DNA of 38,020 nt from Candidatus Zixiibacteriota bacterium (GCA_036170655.1 JAVHPP010000033.1:17010-55029); one strand, 5' to 3'. Positions 8,937 through 19,013 are shown, counted from the first letter of the stretch. A program made the numbers and translations. Notes: generated by a model not told the origin, from the letters alone.

Positions 8937-11603
8937 ATGATTGCTCTCGACAAATGGACTAATGGTGCAAAAACCGTACTGCAGGCGACACTCTCGTCCG
9001 CACAACGTCTTGGTCATCCCGAAATCGTACCCGCTCACCTCCTTCTGGCGCTCCTGTCTGATGGTGGCATTACCCAGGCGTTACTCCAGAAGGAAGGGAT
9101 TGATCCCGACCGTCTCCGTGGCGAACTGAGCCGGTTGCTGAATCGGCTGCCGACGGTGCATGGCGATACTCAGCCATCCACTTCCGCGGCGCTGGCCACG
9201 ATCTTCTCTGAGGCTCAAAACAAGTCTCAGCAGTTGGGACATGCGTACGTGACGGCCGCCCATCTTCTATGGGCTGTGTTCGACAAGCCGGACAGTGCCG
9301 TCCGTGAAGCCTTTGCCGCTCTGGGTGCCGATCCCAAACGTTTCTCCGGAGCTCTCGATCTTATGTTAGCGGAGAAGGGAGCCGGCGAAGAAGGCGCGGA
9401 GGAGCGTATGATGGCGTTGGAACGTTTCGGCCGTGATCTGACCGCCGCCGCTCGTGCGGGAGACCTTGATCCCGTCATTGGTCGTGACGAAGAGATCCGG
9501 CGCGTGATGCAGGTCCTCTCCCGTCGCACAAAGAACAACCCTGTCCTGATCGGTGAGCCCGGTGTTGGCAAGACCGCCGTCGCCGAGGGTTTGGCGCTGA
9601 AGATTGCCCGGGGAGATGTTCCCGAGACGCTGAAGGACCGCCGTGTCTTCATGCTGGACATGGGCGCCCTGGTTGCCGGAGCGAAGTTCCGTGGTGAATT
9701 CGAGGAACGTCTCAAGGGGGTTCTCAGCGAGGTCGAATCCTCCAACGGCCGCATTGTCCTCTTCATTGACGAATTGCACACCGTCATCGGTGCTGGCTCG
9801 GCCGAAGGGAGCGTCGATGCCTCCAATCTGCTCAAGCCCGCGCTCGCACGCGGCAAGCTCCGCTGCATCGGCGCGACCACCCTGACGGAGTATCGCAAAT
9901 ACATCGAAAAAGACGCGGCGCTGGAACGGCGTTTTCAACCGATCATGATCCTTGAACCCACGGTGGCGGAGACCGTCTCCATCCTCCGTGGGTTGAAGGA
10001 ACGATACGAAGTCCATCACGGTGTACGCATCCAGGATGCTGCCCTGGCCGCGGCGGCGACTCTCTCCGAGCGATATATTGCCGACCGGCAACTTCCTGAC
10101 AAGGCGATCGATCTGATCGACGAGGCGGCCGCCGACCTCCGTATCCAGATTGACTCACGCCCGACCGCGCTGGATCGTCTCGACCAGCAGATCGCACAAG
10201 GTGAAATCGAACGTGAGGCCGTGCGGCGGGAAAAGGATGCCGCAGAGCGATTGCGCCCGATCGAGGAACGGCTCGAACAACTGTCAGCAGAGCGGGCCCG
10301 GCTGGAAGTCAGTTGGGCGGCTGAGAAAAAAGCGGTCCAGAAGATCAGGGACGCGAAAGAGACGATCGAAAAACTCAAGGCCGGTATGGATGACGCCTCC
10401 CGGCGCGCCGACTACGAAACCGCGGCCCGACTCCGGTACCAGGATATCCCCGACCAGGAGCGGCTCATCAAAATCGAGAATGTGTCGTTGGCGCAGATCC
10501 CGAAGGCGCAGCGCATGCTCAAAGAAGAGGTCGATCCGGACGACATCGCCGCAATCGTGGCCAAGTGGACCGGCATCCCGGTCGAACGTCTCTCGGAAAG
10601 CGAGATGGACCGGCTCGTTCACCTCGAGGACGAATTGAAAAAGCGAGTGATCGGCCAGGATGAAGCGATCGCCGCCGTCGCCGGCGTGGTCCGCGCATCA
10701 CGCGCCGGTCTCGCCGAGCCGCATCGCCCGCGTGGGTCATTCATTTTTCTCGGTCCGACCGGTGTCGGCAAAACCGAACTGGCCAAGACCCTCGCTGCCA
10801 GTCTGTTCGGATCCGAACAGGCGATGATTCGCATCGACATGTCCGAGTACTCTGAGAAGCACTCGGTCTCCCGCCTGATTGGCGCGCCACCTGGGTATGT
10901 CGGCTACGATGAAGGCGGCCAGCTCACGGAGGCCATCCGGCGTCGTCCGTATTCGGTCATTCTCTTCGACGAACTCGAAAAAGCCCATCCCGAGGTGTTC
11001 AACATCCTGCTTCAGGTTTTGGATGATGGCCGCTTGACCGACAACAAGGGCCGCACCGTGTCGTTTGAGAACGCGATCCTGGTGATGACCTCGAATCTTG
11101 GGGCTAAGGCCATCGCGCAGGCTGCGGCCGACGCTGTCACCGAATCGCGCCGGCGCGAAACGATTCGTGCCGGAGCGATGGAGGCGCTACGGCGCGCTGT
11201 GCGCCCAGAATTCCTCAACCGCATCGATGAAATCGTTGTGTTCAATCCGTTGCTGCCCGATGCGATCAGGCGAATTGCGGAGTTGCAGTTCACTTCGTTG
11301 CAGGTGCGCCTCGCAGAACAGGGAATCACGGCCACGCTGACCGGCGCAGCCAAAGATGCGCTGGCGGCTCAGGGATATGATCCCGTCTACGGCGCTCGTC
11401 CCTTGCGGCGTCTCGTGCAGAAGGAGGTCGCGCACCGTCTGGCCTCCGCCCTCCTGCAGGGACAGTTCAAGGGTGGCGACTCCATTGAAGTCGACCACAG
11501 CAGTTTGGGGTTCGTGTTCCGAAAAGCCGTCCCGCCTCAGGTCGACGCATCTGTTCAACCCGCGGATACCCCGGTGATCAGACCGTCGAGCCCGAAGTCA
11601 TAG
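8937..11603 (+). CDS. clpB: ATP-dependent disaggregase ClpB
   Basis: Clp N-domain; [13 protein letters not shown]; Walker A GEPGVGKT and GPTGVGKTE; long coiled-coil M domain; [30 protein letters not shown]. Start 8937 (or GTG 8925). Confidence 0.95.
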   Translation: MIALDKWTNGAKTVLQATLSSAQRLGHPEIVPAHLLLALLSDGGITQALLQKEGIDPDRLRGELSRLLNRLPTVHGDTQPSTSAALATIFSEAQNKSQQLGHAYVTAAHLLWAVFDKPDSAVREAFAALGADPKRFSGALDLMLAEKGAGEEGAEERMMALERFGRDLTAAARAGDLDPVIGRDEEIRRVMQVLSRRTKNNPVLIGEPGVGKTAVAEGLALKIARGDVPETLKDRRVFMLDMGALVAGAKFRGEFEERLKGVLSEVESSNGRIVLFIDELHTVIGAGSAEGSVDASNLLKPALARGKLRCIGATTLTEYRKYIEKDAALERRFQPIMILEPTVAETVSILRGLKERYEVHHGVRIQDAALAAAATLSERYIADRQLPDKAIDLIDEAAADLRIQIDSRPTALDRLDQQIAQGEIEREAVRREKDAAERLRPIEERLEQLSAERARLEVSWAAEKKAVQKIRDAKETIEKLKAGMDDASRRADYETAARLRYQDIPDQERLIKIENVSLAQIPKAQRMLKEEVDPDDIAAIVAKWTGIPVERLSESEMDRLVHLEDELKKRVIGQDEAIAAVAGVVRASRAGLAEPHRPRGSFIFLGPTGVGKTELAKTLAASLFGSEQAMIRIDMSEYSEKHSVSRLIGAPPGYVGYDEGGQLTEAIRRRPYSVILFDELEKAHPEVFNILLQVLDDGRLTDNKGRTVSFENAILVMTSNLGAKAIAQAAADAVTESRRRETIRAGAMEALRRAVRPEFLNRIDEIVVFNPLLPDAIRRIAELQFTSLQVRLAEQGITATLTGAAKDALAAQGYDPVYGARPLRRLVQKEVAHRLASALLQGQFKGGDSIEVDHSSLGFVFRKAVPPQVDASVQPADTPVIRPSSPKS

Positions 11604-11847
11604 AGCCATCCGGAGCAAGACGTTTCCCACGCACGGGGCTGTCGATCTCAGGCCCTTCAGTGCGGGGCGATGCCCGTCTCCGATTGCGTTGGCGTCCGAA
11701 TGATCCGCCGGGTTGACTTCTTCGGCATAAGGTCTTGTTGGTTATTTGATTACCTCCCAGCACAACACGGCGAACCCGGATTTGGTCGTTTAAGCACTCC
11801 GCACGTCTACATCTTCCCGCGCTGCACTCTCGGTGGTCAACCGATAC

Positions 11848-11874
11848 TAAACTCCGCTTGTCGCTGGCCGATAG
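11848..11874 (+). promoter_or_regulatory. Sigma28 (FliA/WhiG)-like promoter
   Basis: TAAA-N15-GCCGATAG versus consensus TAAA-N15-GCCGATAA. Confidence 0.55.
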
Positions 11875-12079
11875 AGACATAGAGAGCCCTGCATGATGCG
11901 GGGATCCCAGTCACGCCGAGTCAGGGCGCAGTGTCCGCCGTCTTGTGGGGACACTCAAGAGTGGCGCGACGGGCAAGCACGAATCGTATGGATTGTCTCA
12001 ACAGGACCCATTGGTCACGTCGAGACGATCAGACATGCTGAAAACAATCGGGTCAGGCGCTTAAGCAAAGGAGTGGATG

Positions 12080-14191
12080 ATGCAGGAGATGAATAGGGCG
12101 CGCGCATTCCACGGGATGGCGACGGTGGTGTGGGGCATACTGCTCTTGGGGATCGGCGCATGCAGCGGGCCGGTCAACACCGGCAGTACGGTCGTCGTAC
12201 GCAACATTTCTGTCACACCGCCGGTTCTGCAGGAAGGCGAAATCGCCGTCATCGAGGTCCAGGTGACCAATGGTTCAGACGTGCCCTTGGCCGACAAAAC
12301 TGTCTATCTGGCTGTCGAGCCCAGTACCGCCGGTGCATTTGCCAACAGTGTGATCACGACCGGCGCCGACGGGACCGCAACGGTGACATTCACCGCCACC
12401 CACGCCGGTACGGTGACCATCAGCGCCCGCGCGGAAGGGAATCCCGCCGCCATCAACGCCAGCGTCACCATTGAGAAGAATGTAGCCACCAACGGCAACG
12501 GGCAGATTGTGCTCTCGATCTCTCCGGCGCTGATGCAGGCCGACGGGATGTCGACCGCCTACGTCACTGCGCGCGTGGCGGACAACGCCGGCAATCCGCT
12601 TCCCGATTCGACACTGGTCAAGTTCACCGCGGGTGAGAAGTTCATCGACGTCAACGGCGATGGTTTCTGGACAGTCAACGTCGATTCACTGAAGTACGAC
12701 GCCGATGCCGATGGCCAGTGGGACCCGATCGGCACGATCGACAACATGGTCTATACTTCGCAAGGGGCGGCTGCCGCCAAATACACTGCTGGGTACACCT
12801 CTGGTCTCGTGTATGTCAAAGCCACGATCGGGGAACCAGGCCGCCAGGTCTCCGGCGAAATAGCGCTCTCGCTGACCTCCAATGATTCCGTGTACTCCAT
12901 CAATTTGACTCCGGAATGGCAGCAGATCCAGGTGCGCGGAACCGGCGGTATCGAATGGGTGCGGATTGTCGCCACTGCGTTCGATGCCCATGGAAATCCC
13001 GCCCCCCAAGGGCTGCCGGTTGATTTCAACATCACAGCTGGACCAGGCGGCGGTGAAGCGATCAACGGCGATCCCGTCGGTCCTGTGACCGTGCAGACGA
13101 ATTCGCTGGGTCAGACGGCGGTGACCTTGAACGCCGGACGCATCTCGGGAACTGTCCGTGTCAGGGCACGCGCAGGCACTGTCGTCTCAGGTGCCACACA
13201 GGTGACGATCCGCAGCGGCCCGCCGGCATTCCTCTCGGTGGGTGCGATCGAATGCAATGTCCCCTCATGGGAACTGGTCAATGCGCACAACAAGATTGTC
13301 GCGGTTGTCGCCGATCAATGGGGCAATGAAGCTCCTGACTCCACCGCCGTGCATTTTGGCACCGAGCAGGGGTTGATCGAAGGCGCTGCCGAGACCCAGT
13401 CCGTGCCCACCTTCCGCGGAGTCGCCGAAACCTACTGGCACTCCGGCGCCCCTAAGAACGACGGCATCGTCTTCTACTGGGCCGAAACAGAGGGTGGCAC
13501 CGTTGCCGATACCAGCTCCTTCTTTGAATCGGGCCCGGCGGCGTCGGGCGCGTTCCTGTCTTATCCCGACACTCTGCCGGCCAACCGGACCGCTCATGGC
13601 GAGGTGGTGATCCAGGTCCTCGATGTCAACGGCGTCCTCGTTAACGCCAATTACCCGATCGACATTACCGCTGACCACGGATCCATCAACCCTGGTCTCG
13701 TCAATGATGGCTGTCACTCGTCCGTCTATGTCGGCCAGTACTTCTCCGAAGTCCTCGATCAGGACTACGCCTATTCGATTCCCGACAGCGGGATCGGCGC
13801 CATCGCCACGATACACGCACGCGCCGGCGGCATCTATGGTTTCAACGGTGACGCCAAAGTGGTACTGACAACCGGCCGCGCCTACTCGAAAAACTCGTCG
13901 ATCGACGCACAATCATCGCTGTCCTACGGCACCTCCACCCCGATCGAGATCACCATCAAAGACCGCGCAGGCAATCCGCTGGGTGGACACCTGATCCAGA
14001 TCACGACCGACGGTACGAGCGGCGCGATCACCGGCTCGCCGCAGTACACTAACGAGTATGGCGTGGCGTCGGGGTTCACATTCACCGCGACCACCAACGA
14101 AGCCGTTACCACTGCCTACTTCACGGTCGATGATCTCGACCCGAACTACGGCGGGATTACACTATCAGGGAAGATTACGCTGCAAAAATGA
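12080..14191 (+). CDS. Lipoprotein with multiple bacterial Ig-like (Big_1/invasin-type) domains
   Basis: Lipobox LLGIGA-C; repeats such as TTGADGTATVTFTA, ARVADNAGNPLPD..VKF, DAHGNPAPQGLPVDF, DQWGNEAPD, DRAGNPL; AAGGAG RBS favours ATG 12080 (12077 possible). Confidence 0.8.
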   Translation: MQEMNRARAFHGMATVVWGILLLGIGACSGPVNTGSTVVVRNISVTPPVLQEGEIAVIEVQVTNGSDVPLADKTVYLAVEPSTAGAFANSVITTGADGTATVTFTATHAGTVTISARAEGNPAAINASVTIEKNVATNGNGQIVLSISPALMQADGMSTAYVTARVADNAGNPLPDSTLVKFTAGEKFIDVNGDGFWTVNVDSLKYDADADGQWDPIGTIDNMVYTSQGAAAAKYTAGYTSGLVYVKATIGEPGRQVSGEIALSLTSNDSVYSINLTPEWQQIQVRGTGGIEWVRIVATAFDAHGNPAPQGLPVDFNITAGPGGGEAINGDPVGPVTVQTNSLGQTAVTLNAGRISGTVRVRARAGTVVSGATQVTIRSGPPAFLSVGAIECNVPSWELVNAHNKIVAVVADQWGNEAPDSTAVHFGTEQGLIEGAAETQSVPTFRGVAETYWHSGAPKNDGIVFYWAETEGGTVADTSSFFESGPAASGAFLSYPDTLPANRTAHGEVVIQVLDVNGVLVNANYPIDITADHGSINPGLVNDGCHSSVYVGQYFSEVLDQDYAYSIPDSGIGAIATIHARAGGIYGFNGDAKVVLTTGRAYSKNSSIDAQSSLSYGTSTPIEITIKDRAGNPLGGHLIQITTDGTSGAITGSPQYTNEYGVASGFTFTATTNEAVTTAYFTVDDLDPNYGGITLSGKITLQK

Positions 14192-14221
14192 TCTGAGAGC
14201 CAGACACATTAGTGAAATCAG

Positions 14222-14258
14222 AGCCGGGGAGCTGTCAGTCAGCGCCCCGGCTTTCGTT
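14222..14258 (+). terminator. Intrinsic terminator after the Ig-like gene
   Basis: AGCCGGGG/CCCCGGCT stem with inner GCTG/CAGC pairing, followed by TTCGTT. Confidence 0.65.
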
Positions 14259-14423
14259 GGATCCGTGGGTACGGTGACCCAGTACGCGGGCACGTTCTCA
14301 GTGTCGCCTGTCAGCTGCAGATTCGGCCCGGTCCACAGCCCTTGATTTGCCAACGTGGGAACCGCCGCCATCAGATGCGACCATACGCACTGATGAACCG
14401 AATCGGACGATCGGGCACGAACG

Positions 14424-14494
14424 GGAGGGCGAGGCTCCCGCCGAGCCTCTTTCTGCACCGCACGCAAAGAGGCTCGGCAGGAACCTCGCCCTCC
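14424..14494. repeat. REP/REPIN-like inverted doublet
   Basis: 29-bp arms GGAGGGCGAGGCTCCCGCCGAGCCTCTTT (14424-14452) and AAAGAGGCTCGGCAGGAACCTCGCCCTCC (14466-14494), two mismatches, between convergent genes. Confidence 0.7.
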
Positions 14495-14575
14495 TGAAGC
14501 GTAAATGCTCCGATGAATGACCGAGATTTGATTACGGTCTATGCTTTACGTGCGCCGTCATTGTGTTAGGGGCTT

Positions 14576-17503
14576 TCAGGGCGCGACGCATCCATTGACC
14601 AGCGCCAGCCCGCCCCGAAAGATGTAATTGATGATTGTCACGACATCCACGAGATTCAACCGGCAATCCCCATTGACATCGCCATTGTTCGGGTTCGTAA
14701 TCGAACCTTCGCGATACAAGTAGTCGATCAGCATGACCACATCGTCAATCTGCACCGATCCATCGCCGGTCAAATCTCCGGGAAACTCACGTGTCCACCC
14801 CAGGCGTGCCAAGAGTCTCGCAACGGTCTCCGCCGCATCAGTCTCGATCATGTACGACAAGGGAAAGGCCAGAATGGCGGTATGCACACCAGCCACCTTT
14901 GAGATCACGCCGACGGCTTTTCCATCCGATGGCGAAGCGGCGCCATCTCGGGATTGGTAGGTGTAGATCACCTCGGCTTTGGACGTATCAACCTCGAAGT
15001 ACCCGACAAACGGTATCGCATCTCCGGGCAATGGCAGCGCCGGATTTAGCCCCCACCCCGTGCGGGCCGGATCGACGGAGAGGTCAGGCAGCGGACTCAC
15101 GCGTGATTTGGCGCCAATGAACTCGGCGTTGGGACGCGTCGGATGGGACAGCAGCACGCGGGGATAGTAGGCGGCGGTGATCCCTATATTGTCGTAGGGC
15201 CAATCGCCGGGACCGAAGCGGATTGTGCCCTCCGTGATTGCAGCGGCATTGAAAAGATCACGCCCGGTCAGGATCGCAATCCCGCCCGCGTACTGATAGA
15301 GTGCAAGTTGGCTGGGTGTCTCCGGGCGCATTGCATAACGCCCGTCCGTCACGACAATCGTTGCCGGATGTGGATCATAGACGGCCAGTCCGAACGGCGG
15401 GGTCGTGACCGGATCGGCATCTCGGTACGCGGCTCCCAATGGCGACACAAGGCGTCTCCAGACAGCAGCCACCGAATCCTTATCGGTGAGTGAAGTCGGT
15501 CCGGAAAACGTCTCATCAATCACCAGCGGAAGGCCGTCAAATGCAAACGCGAGACCTTGCAGGGGCGCCGAAGGATAGCTCCCTGTGCCAAGCGCTGACA
15601 CCGCTTGGATCCGATACTCATAGACGACCGCGTTGTCCGCCGTCACGTCGGTATACGAAGAAAGAGCCGCCGTTTCTCCGATCTGGTCCCACGTTGATCC
15701 TCTGGTTCGCCGATCGACGCGATGAGAGACTATGTCCGGCTCTGTGGCCGGTTGCCAGTCGATGGTGATGGTTCTGTTCCCACGGTGGGCCGATAACAAC
15801 CGAGGCGTCAGCGGGCGATCCGGCAGCACGGCGATCACCGGCGAGGACGCCCCCAGCCGTCCCAGCGAATCGATTGAGCGAATCGTGTAGAAGTAGGTAT
15901 GCTCACGGTGCAAACCAGAATCACTGTATGACGAATCGCCGGGGGACAACGTGGCGATCGGCGGATCAAAGAACGATCCCGAATCGAGAGAGCGAAATAA
16001 TCCGTATCCGCTGAGCCGCTGAGTGCCTCTTGGATGCCACCGTATCTCCGCGGTCGAATCGTCCCATCCGGCGATGGCGAAGCCGGTGGGTGCACCGATC
16101 GTCGCATCATGAAACCGGCTGTCCCAGAGAACTTTCGTCCGTGCAAGGGCGGTATCCAGTGACGCGAAGTTCAACCCTGCCAGATAGGGCTGCGGCGCGG
16201 CCGCATCGAAAGTTGTCTGGAAGTGAGATGGGTCGGTATGGAACGATGGCGCCACAACGAGCGCCCACACTGCGACCACCGAATCTCCGGGGATGAGATC
16301 CACCGGCCCGTGTGTGAGCAGGAATCGCGTGTCGTACCCGTCGGCAAAGTCCTTCGCAATCGTGGCTGTCGTGGACGGAATCCATCCCTCCGCTGACTTG
16401 TCGATCGCCGCATCGACTTGGTCGTAGTCAATCTCCCGGTTCGCCATCCGCCGGTATTTCATCCGGTTGCCGATGGCACGGCCATATCCCCCGTAGATGT
16501 TGGTGTCGGAGGCCGCTTGTGAGGGCCCCCAGTCGTAAGCACGGGAAAACCCCGTGTTCCACCAATTGAACGATTCATCCCCCAGCACGGGCCGTCCCCC
16601 CAGATACATCATCCCCAGCACACCGGTCGGTGAACGGGCGTCAAACCCGCTGGCGCTGTCGGGATCGCCATCATTGTCCGCCGACCAGGCGGCAGCGACT
16701 TGCACGTCATGCCCGTCAATGGTTACAACCGCCGTGTGGTGCCCGGACAGATCCCCCAGCCAACTGTTTGGATGCGACGGATGCAGAATGTCGGCATCGA
16801 CGTACCACCCCAGCCACAGCCCCTTGATTGTCTGTGTCCCGATGTTGGTCACGACAATTTCCAGAACGATCCCCTTGTCGTGAGCGGAATCGTCGACGAG
16901 GCGTGTCGTTTGGCGGATGCGCACAGGCAATGACCGGTGCGTTCCATCGACCTGATCCGCCCGCACGATGGCGGGATCGGTGATCGTGTCGGTGTAATGC
17001 GCCGTCAATTCCTCATCCCCAAGCAGGTCGCCAAACTGCAACGCCCCATCGGCGCCGGGATGCAGCTCGTAAGTCGGCGGCCATTCGCTGGCGCCAGTGG
17101 AAACTAAGGTGTCGCCGCCGGCCACGCCTCCCACCCACAGCCCGGCGCTGAACAGATAGTCGATCTGAGAATGCGGCGGCGTTTCCAAACTGGGCGCGGG
17201 TAATGTGTCCGCAGAACCCAGAGTGCTCGAGTCGATCAGCGACGATATCTGCGCATTGCCAATCAACCCCCAATTCGTGATCGTCGTCCGCAAGTGCGAA
17301 TTGGCGTGAATGCGATACGACGGACCGGCGGTCGCGTCAGATGCAGATAGCGATGCGGCGCCGGCCCCATCTCCGTGGGAACCGGCCCACGCCTGCCGAC
17401 AGCATGGGTTGGCCAACACGCACACCACCACAAACACAGCCAACACAGGGCACAACATAAAGTTCGGCGGAGATGAACAATCTCCGCTCACAGAGCGGCA
17501 CAT
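14576..17503 (-). CDS. Secreted protein: uncharacterised N-terminal domain + 2 fibronectin type III domains + C-terminal dockerin
   Basis: Hydrophobic leader; FN3 signatures (W..P..LSGYGLFRS..YSDSGL..TYFYTIRS; YTDVTADNAVVYEYRIQAVS); duplicated GDLTGDGSVQIDDVV / GDVNGDCRLNLVDVV loops. Start may be 17458. Confidence 0.8.
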   Translation of the reverse strand: MCRSVSGDCSSPPNFMLCPVLAVFVVVCVLANPCCRQAWAGSHGDGAGAASLSASDATAGPSYRIHANSHLRTTITNWGLIGNAQISSLIDSSTLGSADTLPAPSLETPPHSQIDYLFSAGLWVGGVAGGDTLVSTGASEWPPTYELHPGADGALQFGDLLGDEELTAHYTDTITDPAIVRADQVDGTHRSLPVRIRQTTRLVDDSAHDKGIVLEIVVTNIGTQTIKGLWLGWYVDADILHPSHPNSWLGDLSGHHTAVVTIDGHDVQVAAAWSADNDGDPDSASGFDARSPTGVLGMMYLGGRPVLGDESFNWWNTGFSRAYDWGPSQAASDTNIYGGYGRAIGNRMKYRRMANREIDYDQVDAAIDKSAEGWIPSTTATIAKDFADGYDTRFLLTHGPVDLIPGDSVVAVWALVVAPSFHTDPSHFQTTFDAAAPQPYLAGLNFASLDTALARTKVLWDSRFHDATIGAPTGFAIAGWDDSTAEIRWHPRGTQRLSGYGLFRSLDSGSFFDPPIATLSPGDSSYSDSGLHREHTYFYTIRSIDSLGRLGASSPVIAVLPDRPLTPRLLSAHRGNRTITIDWQPATEPDIVSHRVDRRTRGSTWDQIGETAALSSYTDVTADNAVVYEYRIQAVSALGTGSYPSAPLQGLAFAFDGLPLVIDETFSGPTSLTDKDSVAAVWRRLVSPLGAAYRDADPVTTPPFGLAVYDPHPATIVVTDGRYAMRPETPSQLALYQYAGGIAILTGRDLFNAAAITEGTIRFGPGDWPYDNIGITAAYYPRVLLSHPTRPNAEFIGAKSRVSPLPDLSVDPARTGWGLNPALPLPGDAIPFVGYFEVDTSKAEVIYTYQSRDGAASPSDGKAVGVISKVAGVHTAILAFPLSYMIETDAAETVARLLARLGWTREFPGDLTGDGSVQIDDVVMLIDYLYREGSITNPNNGDVNGDCRLNLVDVVTIINYIFRGGLALVNGCVAP

Positions 17504-17509
17504 GGTTGC

Positions 17510-17537
17510 AATCTACGGAGAAATCCGGTTTTGTCAA
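17510..17537 (-). promoter_or_regulatory. Sigma70-like promoter for the FN3-dockerin gene
   Basis: Minus strand TTGACA-N16-TAGATT. Confidence 0.5.
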
Positions 17538-17660
17538 ATCGCCGGTGATCTGGGGCGGGCTTACTACCAACCCAGACCGCCTGTCCAGTAAATGATTGCG
17601 TTTCGGCGTCGGCCAATGTAATCCTGATCCGGGCGTTTTGCGTCCCCGGAGGTACCGACG

Positions 17661-18890
17661 ATGATGTACTCTCACAGCCGCCTCGGCGCCTATGAAACGT
17701 GCCCGCGGAAATTTGCCTTCCAGTACATCGAGAAGCCCGACATCCCCAGACGGGACTCGATCGAAGCCTACATGGGTACGCGCGTCCATGATGCGCTCGA
17801 ACATCTCTACGGCGCCGTGCGCATGGACCGCGTCCCCAAGTGGGAGGAGGTCCGCGACTACTATGACACGGAATGGGCGAAGAACTGGAAAGACGACATC
17901 TTCATCGTCCACGCCGAGCAGACCGCCGAAGACTATCGGAATGTCGGCCGTCGTTGTCTGCAAGACTATTTCGTGAAGAACTATCCTTTTATCGACGGAC
18001 GCGTGCTGGGGCTGGAAGAACACATCTGGGTCGATCTGGACGGGACGGGCGCATACAAGTTGCAGGGATTTATCGACCGCTTGGCACTCCAGGATAGCGG
18101 CGCCATCGAGATTCACGACTACAAGACCTCGCGGCGCCTCCCCACACAAGAAGACGCCGACCACGAGCGGCAACTGGCGCTCTACCAGATCGCTGTGCAG
18201 GAACGCTGGCCGGACACCCCGGAGGTCACGCTGATCTGGCACTACCTGCGCTTCAACAAACGACTGATCTCCAAACGATCACCGGAGGCGCTCAACGAAC
18301 TGAAGCGGGACACGATTCGCCTGATCGATGCCATCGAAACCGCGACACCCCGCAACGATTTTCCACCTCACGAGTCCCAACTGTGCGACTGGTGCGATTT
18401 CCAGGTGCTCTGCCCCGCCAAGCGCCACCTCATCGCCGTCGCGGCGATGACCCCCGAGCAATTCTCCGCCGACGAGGGCGTGCAACTGGCCGACCGATAT
18501 GCGGCTGCCAAAGGCAGGGAGGCTCAGGCGGAGTCGGACCTGCAGGAGGCCAAGGATCGCATCCTGGATTTTGCCAAGCAAACGAACATCCTCCGTCTCC
18601 GGGGACATAACATCTCTGTCAAAGTGAATTATCGTAAAGAAACGACCATTCCCAATCAGGGAGACCCAAACCGCAAGATTCTGGAGTCGCTCGTTCGTGC
18701 CAGCGGCCAATGGGTCGAAGTCTCCGATCTCTCCCGCTCCAAGTTACCCAAGGCCGTTCAGACCGACTTGTTCGACGCGCACACGCGGCAGCGCATCGCC
18801 GAACTCCTCGTCACCCGCGAGACTCCCACGGTGACCGCCAGCAAGCTGTCCAACGAAGAGCAAGACGACGGCCCGGATCTGGGCGCGTGA
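17661..18890 (+). CDS. PD-(D/E)XK nuclease (RecB/AddB/Cas4-like, PDDEXK_1) with C-terminal extension
   Basis: YSHSRLGAYETCPRKF, GTRVHDALE, GFIDRL, IHDYKT, QLALY and CDWCDFQVLC motifs; GGAGG RBS upstream. Confidence 0.88.
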   Translation: MMYSHSRLGAYETCPRKFAFQYIEKPDIPRRDSIEAYMGTRVHDALEHLYGAVRMDRVPKWEEVRDYYDTEWAKNWKDDIFIVHAEQTAEDYRNVGRRCLQDYFVKNYPFIDGRVLGLEEHIWVDLDGTGAYKLQGFIDRLALQDSGAIEIHDYKTSRRLPTQEDADHERQLALYQIAVQERWPDTPEVTLIWHYLRFNKRLISKRSPEALNELKRDTIRLIDAIETATPRNDFPPHESQLCDWCDFQVLCPAKRHLIAVAAMTPEQFSADEGVQLADRYAAAKGREAQAESDLQEAKDRILDFAKQTNILRLRGHNISVKVNYRKETTIPNQGDPNRKILESLVRASGQWVEVSDLSRSKLPKAVQTDLFDAHTRQRIAELLVTRETPTVTASKLSNEEQDDGPDLGA

Positions 18891-18952
18891 TACCCCGCTC
18901 CCGACGGGTATGGCCTACTTGGCGTATCCGCCCAATTCGTGGACATCGTTTC

Positions 18953-18995
18953 AAAAGAATCCCCGCGCGGTCTTTGCCGTACGGGGATCATATTT
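18953..18995. terminator. Probable bidirectional terminator between nuclease and ctpA
   Basis: ATCCCCG (18959-18965)/CGGGGAT (18982-18988) stem, A-tract on the left and TATTTT on the right. Confidence 0.6.
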
Positions 18996-19013
18996 TCACT
19001 TGGTGAGAGTCCT

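Noticed and set aside
11721..11740. TTCGGCATAA shared with the hsp20 promoter
   Set aside because: No GC at the -12 position.
11790..11830. TAAGCACTC resembling a CIRCE half-site
   Set aside because: No inverted second half at 9-nt spacing, and it lies downstream of clpB.
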